Source of the DNA: an uncultured delta proteobacterium
Lineage (GTDB): Bacteria > Desulfobacterota > Desulfobacteria > Desulfobacterales > JAHEIW01
Assembly: GCA_963706575.1 (NCBI GenBank)
Contig: CAVPNL010000012.1
Coordinates: 160,001 to 224,000, forward strand
Direction: 5' to 3'
DNA length: 64,000 bases
Shown here: positions 43,776-53,580 of the stretch, piece after piece
Numbering within the stretch: the stretch's first letter is position 1
How the letters are laid out: every line of letters begins with the position of its first letter
Translations under genes and position numbers: made by a program
Notes under the pieces: model-generated
Database searches by the model: none
What the model was told of the DNA's origin: nothing
What the model saw: only the letters and a program-made list of their open reading frames with translations

Positions 43776-44051
43776 TTACCTGAAGACAAACGGTGGTGAG
43801 TCGTCGTCCATGGTTACATGTTTTTTTGCGCGGTTGGGAGGCTTCATATCTTTTTTGATCTTGGGGCGGCCAGCACCTGCGAATAATCCTGAAAGGGTAT
43901 AATGGACAAACCGATACAGCAACCGTAAGAAATTCAATACCAAATAAAACAGGCCCATACCGAACGCCACCTGCACGAAGGTGGGCTGCGTTGAAGTCCA
44001 AAGGCTGAATGCGTTCCAAACTTCTGCCAGCCAATTTAAGGTAAGATCCAT
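43776..44051 (-). CDS. small membrane protein
   Basis: One TM helix; upstream TTGACT-N17-TATCAG promoter on the minus strand. Confidence 0.65.
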   Translation of the reverse strand: MDLTLNWLAEVWNAFSLWTSTQPTFVQVAFGMGLFYLVLNFLRLLYRFVHYTLSGLFAGAGRPKIKKDMKPPNRAKKHVTMDDDSPPFVFR

Positions 44052-44367
44052 CTTTTAATTCTTTCCTGTATGCTCTTCTGATACCGTCGTCCTGATTTAA
44101 AGTCAATATTTAATGCGTTTGCAAGTATCGGTAATTACATAAGTTATTGTTTTCATTAGAACCGACTGTATAAACGATGGAATTTATGAACCTAAAATAA
44201 ATAGTTCATGTCAGTTATGTCAGTTCTCGGTGATCATAGTTGATTTAACAATCACCACTGTTAAGATTCACTTGACTTGACAACTACCAATTATGGTATC
44301 TGTACTTTTATGAGAATTGGGATATCATCTACGTATCTGTATTTTAGCGATTTTGCATGTATTCTCA

Positions 44368-44475
44368 GAGACTGTCGAAAAACCCAAAATCCGTAAAATT
44401 GGTGTTTGTAAATTATTGATTTCATTGCATGCGAAATTACTAAAATCACCATTTTGGGACTTTTTCGACAGTCTC
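44368..44475. mobile_element. MITE with 15-bp terminal inverted repeats and TCA target duplication
   Basis: GAGACTGTCGAAAAA / TTTTTCGACAGTCTC, flanked by TCA on both sides. Confidence 0.8.
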
Positions 44476-44787
44476 TCAATATATCACCAGTGGCATTAGG
44501 CTGAAAATGAACAAATTAATTAACAAGTTTTTGCAATTAATATCTACCACAAAGTATCGCTTTCCTATTGACAAGAGTATAGTTATCAAATATCAGAGGG
44601 TCACATGTGTTCTTTTTTAAGCTTGATTTCAGTTGAAATTGTTTTCCAAATTTAATTCTCTATGCAAATCATATTTACCTGTTGAGCGACCCTTCAAACT
44701 CTATTTTTCCATTCCCGCTAAAGTTGAGAGCGCCTTCTATTTAAATTTTATCATTGGCTATTTAACCGTTCCAAAAAGGAGGAGATT

Positions 44788-45855
44788 ATGGAAATGGACG
44801 TTTACAAAAAATTGGCCGACCATCTTGATAACCTCCCAGGTGGTTTTACACCCAGCGATACTGGAGTAGAACTTCGCTTGCTTAAAAGGCTGTTCACGCC
44901 CGAAGAAGCCGAATTATCAGTACATCTGACTCTGGAACAAGAGGAAGCCAGTGCTATAGCTAACCGAGCCGGAATATCCATAGACGAAACAGAACAGAGA
45001 CTGAAAGTGATGGCTCGTAAGGGGCTCATTTTTTCTATAGAGACTGACGACAGTTCAGCGCTGTACCAAGCTGTTCCATGGATTATTGGTATCTACGAAT
45101 TCCAGGTGAACAAGTTGGATAAAGAATTTGTTGAGGATCTAAACGAATATAGAAACACAATGCGCAAAGACCCTCGACCGCAGCCATTACCACAGATGCG
45201 AACGATTCCAGTGGGTCAAAGTATTGAAGGCAATTTGGAAGTGCTCCCCTATGAACGTGCTGAAGAGCTGGTGAAAGCCCACGAAAAATATGCAGTAGCG
45301 CCTTGTATCTGTCGTCGAAAAGCCAAGCTAATGGGTTCGGGATGTGAAGCACCAGAGGAATCTTGCCTCTATTTTGGTGACTGGGCGGACTATTACGTTC
45401 GAAACGGTCTGGGACGGTACGTTGACAGGGACAATCTACTGGATATTTTGGCTAAAGCTGACAAGTCCAACTTGGTGTTGCAACCCAGCAATTCCAAGGA
45501 AATCTCTTTGCTTTGTACTTGCTGCGGCTGCTGTTGTGGTGGGCTGTTACGTCTCAAGCAGCTTCCCAAACCCTCTGAAGCAGTTGCCAGCTCTTTTGTT
45601 GCAACGGCCACACCTGAAACTTGCGATGGCTGTGGGACTTGTCTGGACCGATGCCAGATGGAAGCTCTGACTCTTGAGGATGAGCAAGTGGTCTTGAATT
45701 CGGATCGCTGTATTGGTTGTGGATTATGTGTATCAACATGCCCTACGAGCTCATTGATTTTGAAGCGTAAATCTGTGAGTAAACATGTTCCCTTGAATAT
45801 GGAAACTACTTGGAAAGAATTAAGCTTGGCACGAGCAGAAAAACAACAAGAATGA
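44788..45855 (+). CDS. 4Fe-4S binding protein with N-terminal HTH-like domain
   Basis: CICR, CTCCGCCC, CDGCGTCLDRC and CIGCGLCVSTCP motifs. Confidence 0.9.
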   Translation: MEMDVYKKLADHLDNLPGGFTPSDTGVELRLLKRLFTPEEAELSVHLTLEQEEASAIANRAGISIDETEQRLKVMARKGLIFSIETDDSSALYQAVPWIIGIYEFQVNKLDKEFVEDLNEYRNTMRKDPRPQPLPQMRTIPVGQSIEGNLEVLPYERAEELVKAHEKYAVAPCICRRKAKLMGSGCEAPEESCLYFGDWADYYVRNGLGRYVDRDNLLDILAKADKSNLVLQPSNSKEISLLCTCCGCCCGGLLRLKQLPKPSEAVASSFVATATPETCDGCGTCLDRCQMEALTLEDEQVVLNSDRCIGCGLCVSTCPTSSLILKRKSVSKHVPLNMETTWKELSLARAEKQQE

Positions 45856-46277
45856 TCAATAACTTCATGTGTCGATCTTAACCAATTACCATTATTGATT
45901 TGTGTCGAAGGGATTCCTAATTAAACCTCTGATTACTCTCCAACATATCGGCGAAATTGACCGGCCTCCAGAAGTTGTGATATTTTCGCATATCTGTAAA
46001 ATTGAGATAGTTGGGTTTCTCTCAATGTATCGGTAGTTGGCTGATAATTGGTTTTTTGGTAAGGTATCACCACATGTCGGAACTCCCAATATTGATTGAA
46101 AAACCCCGTCGATTCGTTTATAAATTCTATTATACAATTTCTGATGCACCACTCCAGCTAACCGGAAGCTGTTCTCCTTTTCCTGAATCGAATCTTGCTG
46201 CTGATCTGATGCTACGCTTCACTGATTGATCTACATACTTAGTTCTTTAGTTTGAAACCTTAACGAAGGGGTTTCCT

Positions 46278-48171
46278 ATGGCAGATGAAGGTTTTAAGCG
46301 CAAGCTAACCGCAATTCTCAGCGCCGATGCAGTTGGGTACAGCCGTCTCATGGCAGAAGATGAGGCTGCCACTGTAAAAACTATCGCTATCTACCGTGAA
46401 ATCATGTCATCTCTGATCAAACAGCACAGGGGTCGAGTCGTTGATTCACCAGGGGATAATGTGCTGGCCGAGTTTTCCAGTGTGGTCGACGCCAGTGCAG
46501 TGTGCTGTGGCTGTGCAAAAGGAAATTCAGGCCCGAAACGCAGAGTTGGCCGAGAACCGTAGAATGGAGTTTCGCATTGGAATCAACCTTGGGGATGTCA
46601 TTGATGAAGAAGGTCGCCTCTACGGCGATGGAGTCAACATCTCGGCCCGGCTGGAGGCACTGGCAGACCCTGGGGGTATATGCGTTTCAAAGACGGTTTT
46701 TGATCAAATCGAGACCAAACTACCGCTGGGCTATGAATATTTAGGAGAACAGTCAGTTAAAAATATACCCAAGCCGGTTGGTGCTTATCGGGTCTTGATG
46801 AAGCCTGATGATGCTGGCAAAGTGATTGGTGAAAAAAAATTTTTAGGTCGGTATTCACGCAGGACAGCGATGGCCACCATTATAATTCTGATCGTAGTAG
46901 CAGTAGGTTTAGTTAGCTGGAATATTTATCTTCAGCAATCTAAACGAGTAGAGCCAGCATCTTTAGATAGAATGGCCTATCCATTGCCAGATAAACCATC
47001 GATCGCAGTATTGCCATTTGTTAACATGAGCGACGACCCTGAGCAGGCGTATTTCAGTGACGGGATCACGGAGGATATCATCACGACCCTGTCCAAAGTC
47101 CCCAAGCTGTTCATCATCGCACGGAACTCGACATTTACATACAAGAATAGATCGGTCAAGGTTCAGCAGGTGGCAGAGGAACTGGGTGTGCGGTACGTGC
47201 TTGAAGGCAGCGTAAGGAAGGCGGGAGAAAAGATCCGTATTACGGCCCAGCTGATCGACGCCGTTAATGGCCATCACCTCTGGGCGGAACGATTTGACAG
47301 GGATCTGAAAGACATCTTCGCCCTTCAGGACGAGATCGCCATGAAGGTCCTAACCGCGCTGGAAGTTAAGTTGGTCGGGGGACATACTTCCCTTTTAATC
47401 TCAAGAGGGACCGATAACTTGGAGGCGTACCTGACTGTCTTACAGGGTCGCGAGTTTCATGAGCGCTCGAACAGGGAAAACAATTTCATGGCTCGACAAA
47501 AATTCGAGGAAGCTCTGGCCTTGGATCCCAACTATGCCGCCGCCTTCAACCTGCTTGCCCGAACCCACTTCATGGACGTCTGGCTCGGATCCAGTAAATC
47601 CCCCAAGGCGTCGCTCATAACGGCCATTGATCTAACACAGAAAGCTATTGTCTTGGACGATTCACTTGCGGATTCGCACGCACTCCTCGGCTACCTCTAT
47701 ACCCTGACGCGGCAGCACGACAAGGCGATTGCGCAGGGGGAGCGGGCCGTGGAGCTCGATCCCAACTCCAGTTTAGCTTATCTTTGGCTGGGAACCAGCC
47801 TCAATTATATTGGAAGAACTGAGGAGGCCGTGGCCATGATTGAAAAGGCGATCCGCCATAACCCAATGCCCCCCAGTTCGTGGTACGTTTTCTTAGGCTC
47901 GGCCCTGTCAAACGCAGGGCGGTATGACGAGGCGGTAACCGCGTCCCGGAAGGCCGTAGAACTGTCACCAAACAACATTTTCGCACAACTCGCACTGGTG
48001 TTGTCTTGCAATCTGGGCAGCCGCGATGAGGAGGCCCGTTCCGCAGCGGCCGAGGTCCTCCGGATACAGCCGAATTTCTCAGTAGATAATTTCGCTAAGA
48101 GAATGCCCTATAAAGACCCGGCGGACATGCAACGGATAGTGAAAGCGTGGCGCAAGGCGGGGCTGAAGTGA
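46278..48171 (+). CDS. class III adenylate/guanylate cyclase-TolB-like-TPR protein (frameshift near 46492)
   Basis: RKLTAILSADAVGYS, GDNVLAEF, FRIGINLGDV, YGDGVN..ARLE, PSIAVLPF, then TPR repeats. Confidence 0.9.
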
Positions 48172-48365
48172 GGGAAAGCAAGGCACTACATGTTATGGCT
48201 TGGCTTATTTTCTTTAGATTGCATATATCATTAAAAATCACAGCCGTTTTGGGATTGTTAAAAACTGTGATTTCTCCAACCTGTACGACATAAAATGATA
48301 ATTGACTAAACAGTCGATCGAGGTCATTATCTACCTGTTTTTTCTGCAAAAAGCGAAAGGAGGTA

Positions 48366-49448
48366 GTGATGAACCTCGAGCATGTGTCTGCAGGAAAAAG
48401 CACATACAGCCCCACAGCGATCCAGCCCAAAGCGATTCAACTTTCAATTTTTCCCAAAATATCTCTTCGCCCCGCCTATCATGTATCTAATGAACAGATC
48501 GAGCGCACCCTGCGGCGAATATCCGCTGAAGGGTTGTGTGGCAGCGATATGGTGCGCGATTACCTTTGCCGGCAGCTACGGCACAACTGCCGGCCCAGCA
48601 CCATTCGCAGCAGCGGAACCACTATCGTGCTATTTTTAGAGTTTTTTAAGCAAAGCGGCGGTCAGCAGTTGGCGGCAGCAGGTCCAGAGCATATCAGCGC
48701 TTTTGTTGAACATGAGCAAGATCGTGGTATGGCGCCAAACTCGGTGGATGGACGGCTAAAGGGATTGTATGCGTTTTTAAATTTTTTAGTTGAGCACGAG
48801 GTTATCAGCGCGGATGTGATCAAGCGTAAGCTTCGCATCAGGGTGCCCCAGGCCCTGCCGCGGGCCATTGATCCGGAGGATATTAAGCAGCTGTTGGCGG
48901 CAATAGAAAAGCCTCGGGATCGGGCGCTGATACTAACGCTTCTTCGCACCGGCATGCGTATCGGCGAGCTTTTAAGCACCAGGGTTAAGGATATCAATCT
49001 GCGCGAGCAACTGGTTCAGATCTTTGAAGCACATAAAAATCGGGTGGGCCGGGTGGTCTATCTTAGCGCTGATGCGGTGGGCACCTTGGAAAAATGGTTA
49101 AAGACAAGAAAATATCAGAGCAAATTTATCTTTTATGGCTATGATGTTGGACCGCTTTGCTACCAAGCGGCCCGTGCGATGTTCAAACGCTATATAGACA
49201 AAACCGGTCTGGCCCACAAGGGCTACACGCTTCACTGCCTGCGTCACACATACGCCAGTGAGCTGTTAAATGCCGGTATGCCGCTGCAATGTCTGCAGGA
49301 GCTTTTGGGTCACAAAAGCATTGAGATGACGCGCCGATATGCGCGGCTAACCGACAACACGCGTCGCAAGGCTTATTACCAGGCGATGACCATCATTGAA
49401 GCAGGAGAGATCAATGGGCATTACCGACTCGATTATCAACTACCGTAG
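48366..49448 (+). CDS. tyrosine recombinase A
   Basis: TGMRIGE, HKNR, HCLRH, LGH and TRRY catalytic motifs. RBS AAGGAGG. Confidence 0.95.
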   Translation: MMNLEHVSAGKSTYSPTAIQPKAIQLSIFPKISLRPAYHVSNEQIERTLRRISAEGLCGSDMVRDYLCRQLRHNCRPSTIRSSGTTIVLFLEFFKQSGGQQLAAAGPEHISAFVEHEQDRGMAPNSVDGRLKGLYAFLNFLVEHEVISADVIKRKLRIRVPQALPRAIDPEDIKQLLAAIEKPRDRALILTLLRTGMRIGELLSTRVKDINLREQLVQIFEAHKNRVGRVVYLSADAVGTLEKWLKTRKYQSKFIFYGYDVGPLCYQAARAMFKRYIDKTGLAHKGYTLHCLRHTYASELLNAGMPLQCLQELLGHKSIEMTRRYARLTDNTRRKAYYQAMTIIEAGEINGHYRLDYQLP

Positions 49449-50334
49449 ATCGTTAAAAAGGCGCAACTTCTCTAAATACACCATCAGAAATTACATGAGC
49501 ACACTGAAGCAGTTTGTCATTTGGCTGGATGTGCCCATCGATAAGGTAACCCACCAAAAGCTGGTGGGCTTTATCGATGATCTGTTGGCCAAGCGCCTGA
49601 AACCCAAGACCATCAACTGCTACCTGGACAGCATCCGCGGCTTCTATGACTACCTGATCTGTGAGGAGCAACTTAAGATGCAAAATCCGGTGAAACTCGG
49701 AGATACACTGCGCATGTCCAAGCCACTGCCGCGCTTTTTGCGAGATGAGCAGGTGCGGACGCTTTTTGCACAGATCGATGATCCAAGGGATTTGGCCATC
49801 TTCAAGCTGATGCTGCGCTGCGGCCTTAGGGTGCAAGAGGTGGCCAAGTTGACTCTTGCCTCTGTGGATTTAAAACGCGCCCAGGTGTTTGTCTACCATG
49901 GCAAGGGCGCCAAAGAACGGATGGTTTATTTAAGCAAAGATGCCTATCAGGCGCTTTTGGCCTATCTGAAGGTCAGGCCTTTCTCCCGGGCCAAAAGGCT
50001 TTTTTTGGTCAACAAGGGCCGCTTTAGAGGCCAACCGCTCAACGTTCGCGGCATCCAGCACCGTATCAAATACTACTCGAAAAAGGCGGGCTTTAAGGTC
50101 AGCTGCCACCAGCTGCGCCACACCATGGCCACCCAGATGCTCAATGCCGATGCGGATTTAGTGACCATCCAGGACCTTTTGGGCCACGCCTACATCACAA
50201 CAACCGAGCGGTATTGCCGTGTGTCGAACCAGAAAGTGCGAAGGGATTACTACCGGGCAATGGATAAAGTAATCGAGCGCCACAGCCCGGTCGGAAACAA
50301 AAGACTTGACAAAGAAGAAATTTTGATTAATTAA
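49414..50334 (+). CDS. tyrosine recombinase B
   Basis: CGLRVQE, GKGAKER, HQLRH, LGH and TERY motifs. Overlaps gene A by 35 bp. Confidence 0.95.
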   Translation: MGITDSIINYRRSLKRRNFSKYTIRNYMSTLKQFVIWLDVPIDKVTHQKLVGFIDDLLAKRLKPKTINCYLDSIRGFYDYLICEEQLKMQNPVKLGDTLRMSKPLPRFLRDEQVRTLFAQIDDPRDLAIFKLMLRCGLRVQEVAKLTLASVDLKRAQVFVYHGKGAKERMVYLSKDAYQALLAYLKVRPFSRAKRLFLVNKGRFRGQPLNVRGIQHRIKYYSKKAGFKVSCHQLRHTMATQMLNADADLVTIQDLLGHAYITTTERYCRVSNQKVRRDYYRAMDKVIERHSPVGNKRLDKEEILIN

Positions 50335-50459
50335 AATGGAAGCTAACTAATTAATATTAATAGAAATAACAGGGTTTATGTCGTACAGCTCCAACATATC
50401 GGCACTTTTGAACCCCTCGCAAAAGTTGTGATACTCGTTTTATATCTGCAATCATAAGG

Positions 50460-50547
50460 GCCAAGACAGTTCCGACCATTCTAATCTAATCGAACTATTT
50501 TTCCTCTACCAACCTCCGTCCTTGAAAGCTACACTTAGCTCTGATAT
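50460..50547 (+). repeat. about 88-bp promoter-containing direct repeat, copy A
   Basis: Aligns to 51492-51580; contains TTGAAA-N17-TATCAA. Confidence 0.8.
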
Positions 50548-50591
50548 CAATTATGTATAAAGTTGACCTTTAGAAATACAGGAGCTGCGAA

Positions 50592-51479
50592 ATGCCACTT
50601 TACAAAATCCTTCCAGACGGACAAACACTTGAAATTGTTAAGAGAAAAGAATTCTCATATGAAAAAGACCTTCATATTCTTATAGACAGGAATCTCCTCA
50701 GTTTATTGGGAATAAGGTTAATTGCGAGTGAGTACCCAATTCCAAATGGAAGAATCGACACTCTTGGACTTGATGAAGATGATATTCCTGTAATAATAGA
50801 ATATAAAAAAAAGAAGGATTTAAGCGCAATCGTTCAAGGCTTATTTTACCTTGATTGGATTATGCAGAACAAAAAGCCCTTTGGGTCGATAGTTAAAGAT
50901 AAGCTAGGCAAAAGCGTGGATGTCAACTGGTCAAAGCAGCCTCGCCTTCTCATCATTGCACAAGATTTCGATGTCAAAGAATTAACGGCTATTAATCAAA
51001 TGGGTCCAAGAATTGAGTTGGTCAAATATTCATTCTACGAAGGATTATTCAATATTGACGGTGTGAATATCGTTGAGGCCAAATCACCACCCAAAAAAGA
51101 TGAGGGCGAAAAGCCTTCTGAAGATTATACGGTTGAGCAATTGGTTAAGAAAGCAACCCCAGAAATTCAATCCCTATATATGGAATTGCGAGAGAAAATA
51201 ACCGCTATTTCTGAATCTGTGTGGGAGAAAGTTCATTCATATTATTGCGATTTCCGCACTACCTCAACTTTTACCACTGTAAATGTGCAAAAGACTCAAC
51301 TTAAGATCTTTTTAAAGATGGGTGAACGCGAGGTTGATGATCCTAAAGGTCTTACTAAACCAGTCCCTTCAAGTTGGGGCTATGGTCACTTAAATACTCA
51401 GTTCCTTATTTCAAAAACTGATGAAATTGATGACGCAATGCATTTGATAATGCAGGCTTATGATTATGTTTCAGGATAA
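50592..51479 (+). CDS. PD-(D/E)XK (NucS-like) endonuclease domain plus DUF5655-like domain
   Basis: EKDL, GRIDTLGLD...VIIEYKK; C-terminal WGYG...I...DEIDDAM.LI.QAY. Confidence 0.8.
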   Translation: MPLYKILPDGQTLEIVKRKEFSYEKDLHILIDRNLLSLLGIRLIASEYPIPNGRIDTLGLDEDDIPVIIEYKKKKDLSAIVQGLFYLDWIMQNKKPFGSIVKDKLGKSVDVNWSKQPRLLIIAQDFDVKELTAINQMGPRIELVKYSFYEGLFNIDGVNIVEAKSPPKKDEGEKPSEDYTVEQLVKKATPEIQSLYMELREKITAISESVWEKVHSYYCDFRTTSTFTTVNVQKTQLKIFLKMGEREVDDPKGLTKPVPSSWGYGHLNTQFLISKTDEIDDAMHLIMQAYDYVSG

Positions 51480-51491
51480 TTTTTAATTCGC

Positions 51492-51580
51492 GCCAAGTCA
51501 GTTCCGACCATTTTGATCTAATCAAACTTTATTACCTCATCGAACCTCAGTCCCTTGAAAGCCGCACGCACCTTTGATAT
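51492..51580 (+). repeat. about 88-bp promoter-containing direct repeat, copy B
   Basis: GCCAAG.CAGTTCCGACCATT.T.ATCTAATC.AACT ... CCTTGAAAGC ... TGATAT shared with copy A. Confidence 0.8.
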
Positions 51581-51722
51581 AGATGCATATCAAATAGTTC
51601 CCGCATTCTGATGTTCTCTATATATTAACATTGCTTGGTAATAAAAATGCTTAGGTTTATACAGATCCTTTTAGGGGTCACTATCCCGGCGCCGGCCAAT
51701 ATTGTTCAATTCATATTTCAAC

Positions 51723-51762
51723 AAAAAAGCCGAGTCACCCACTAATCGGGCAATCTCGGCTT
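51723..51762 (-). terminator. intrinsic terminator of the 52889-51829 operon
   Basis: AAGCCGAG...CTCGGCTT stem with an A-run on the + strand. Confidence 0.55.
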
Positions 51763-51828
51763 GCTGGCTACTTTGGCCAATACCATAAGGTCTGGCCGTT
51801 TTGCTGGCTTGGTAATATGTGTAATTGA

Positions 51829-52023
51829 TTACCTTAGCTGCAATTTTCTGTTTTTAGTATGTTGCAGCTCGTAAACTCTCTCCAATTGGTCTCCCTTTAG
51901 CAACAGGGGAAATAGTCCGTCGAAGTCCTCAATGTGAAATACGAAACGCTCAGAGACTGAATCGTAATAGATCTCATAGGGCTTTCTGAATTTGCTTTTT
52001 TTAAAAACTATAGGTTTTTTCAA
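51829..52023 (-). CDS. small hypothetical protein
   Basis: TTG start overlaps the upstream stop; RBS AAGGAG. Confidence 0.55.
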   Translation of the reverse strand: MKKPIVFKKSKFRKPYEIYYDSVSERFVFHIEDFDGLFPLLLKGDQLERVYELQHTKNRKLQLR

Positions 52024-52889
52024 CTTGGCTCCTTGTCTAACAATTTATATAGATCCACTGATACGGGAGACTTTGACAAAAATTTTTCAAGCTTTTTATC
52101 TGTTTTCAACTTTTGTTGTTTTTCCGTGTAAGTGCGTTCAAATTCAGATTGATAAGCGTCTAGGGCATTTTCTATAAAGGAAAGGTCGTCAAGCACCTGT
52201 CTGTGTTCCTCCGAGCTAAATGTTCTCTTTGATTCGACAATATCCCTGATCGCTCCGACCCTTTTTCTTGCGAAGATGGGCGGTGTCACTATCATTTCCC
52301 GAGTTTCACGGTATTTAAGCATGTTAAACAGGAGTATTGCTAATGCTGATTTTTTATCAAACTCATCACCATCAACCTTTTCCAATTTCCTTTGCAATGT
52401 GATAACAAATCTTAGGAGTAGAAAAAAAACAGCCTCGCTGTAATGGTTTGCCTCAAACAGCATCTTTTGGTAATCATCCGATGGAATGCCAGGATCAATC
52501 TCGTAGGGATTCCAAGCGGGCAGTGTGGTTTTTGTCCGTTTAATAATTTCAGACGCAAACTCGATGGCGTGAGCATAAGAAGACTCATAAAATTCGGGGT
52601 CAGTCCTCCATTTCCGCAACAGACCGTATGAAACATCACAACTTTTTGCGATATCCTTTAGCGTCCAGTTTGTTATACCAGCCAGCATAGCAGCATAATA
52701 TTTTTTCCGTGAAAAACCGATTTTCTCGCCTTTGGAGGTGCCTGCTCTTGTCGGTTGCTCGTAATCGTGGAGATGATATAGAACATATTCACCAATGAGC
52801 GCAGAGATATTGCTCTCGGGTTTCTGGGTAAGCCGTCTGATCTCCTCCCATAAACGATCTGATTCTGTCATTTTGTTAGATTGTGCCAT
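52020..52889 (-). CDS. HTH-containing phage/island-type protein
   Basis: TLKDIAKSCDVSYGLLRKWRTDPEF helix-turn-helix. Confidence 0.75.
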   Translation of the reverse strand: MAQSNKMTESDRLWEEIRRLTQKPESNISALIGEYVLYHLHDYEQPTRAGTSKGEKIGFSRKKYYAAMLAGITNWTLKDIAKSCDVSYGLLRKWRTDPEFYESSYAHAIEFASEIIKRTKTTLPAWNPYEIDPGIPSDDYQKMLFEANHYSEAVFFLLLRFVITLQRKLEKVDGDEFDKKSALAILLFNMLKYRETREMIVTPPIFARKRVGAIRDIVESKRTFSSEEHRQVLDDLSFIENALDAYQSEFERTYTEKQQKLKTDKKLEKFLSKSPVSVDLYKLLDKEPS

Positions 52890-52936
52890 TTCGCTCCCTA
52901 CTGATTGAATCCAGTGTGATAATCAAAAAACAATAT

Positions 52937-52971
52937 AAGTAACATATATAAAAAAATGTTACTTTTGTCAA
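52937..52971 (-). promoter_or_regulatory. operator palindrome overlapping a -35 TTGACA promoter
   Basis: AAGTAACAT-N10-ATGTTACTT next to TGTCAA (52966-52971). Confidence 0.5.
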
Positions 52972-53169
52972 ATGTTTTTTTCATCAAATTGAATTTTGGG
53001 CAAAAGCTATTGGAATGATTCGATTTTTATACAATTAAGGAAGGGATATTAGAAAACAAAAACCCGCTGCCGAAACTGCGGGTCGTGAGATTCAAAATAT
53101 AATAGTATGGTAAGCAGGGATATAAAATCCAGCCATAAACTGGGCGTAAATTATTATTCGAAAAATTTA

Positions 53170-53580
53170 TTAACCGACTTCATCGGGTTTTTTTATCGCA
53201 AAATTTTTTTCGTTTTTGCTTTTTTCATCATCATTAATTAAAGTTATTAATTTATAATTCCCCTCTTCCTTTGCTGTCACTGGGGAAATAATCATATGAA
53301 ATTGAAATCTAGTATATCCCTTGATGTGTTCTGGGGGGCCACCCTTTACTTTTTTCCCAATCCGATTCCCAGAAGGATCTAAGAGTTCAGCTGAAAAAAT
53401 ATCGCCTCCTTTAATGTTTTCATAATTTATTACAAAACAGAGCTTGGGGAAGGTAAAGGGAAATTTTGGAACAAAGATATCTTTGGCATAAACGCCCATC
53501 ATCGAAATTTTATTTCCCACCTCTTCCCTTATATCATCACAGATTAGTGTGAAATTACATTTCGGTTTTTTCGCTGGCAT
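53170..53580 (-). CDS. DUF6941-like protein
   Basis: ICDDIREEVGNKISMMGVY motif. Likely start ATG 53580 overlaps the antitoxin 3' end. Confidence 0.7.
   Translation of the reverse strand: MPAKKPKCNFTLICDDIREEVGNKISMMGVYAKDIFVPKFPFTFPKLCFVINYENIKGGDIFSAELLDPSGNRIGKKVKGGPPEHIKGYTRFQFHMIISPVTAKEEGNYKLITLINDDEKSKNEKNFAIKKPDEVG

Larger units (their letters stand above)
48281..50388 (+). mobile_element. two-tyrosine-recombinase insertion element
   Basis: Perfect 14-bp inverted repeats CTGTACGACATAAA (48281-48294) and TTTATGTCGTACAG (50375-50388), with CTCCAAC directly repeated at 48274-48280 and 50389-50395. Confidence 0.9.

Noticed and set aside
45937..45996. Repeated site as an integron attC or a sigma28 promoter
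   Set aside because: No RYYYAAC...GTTRRRY hairpin and neither recombinase looks like IntI. GCCGATAT on the minus strand lacks a TAAA box at N15.
48366..50334. Recombinases as chromosomal XerC/XerD or as the island integrase
   Set aside because: They are enclosed by their own inverted ends and 7-bp repeat in mid-island, far from the 17-bp boundaries. No dif site was recognised.
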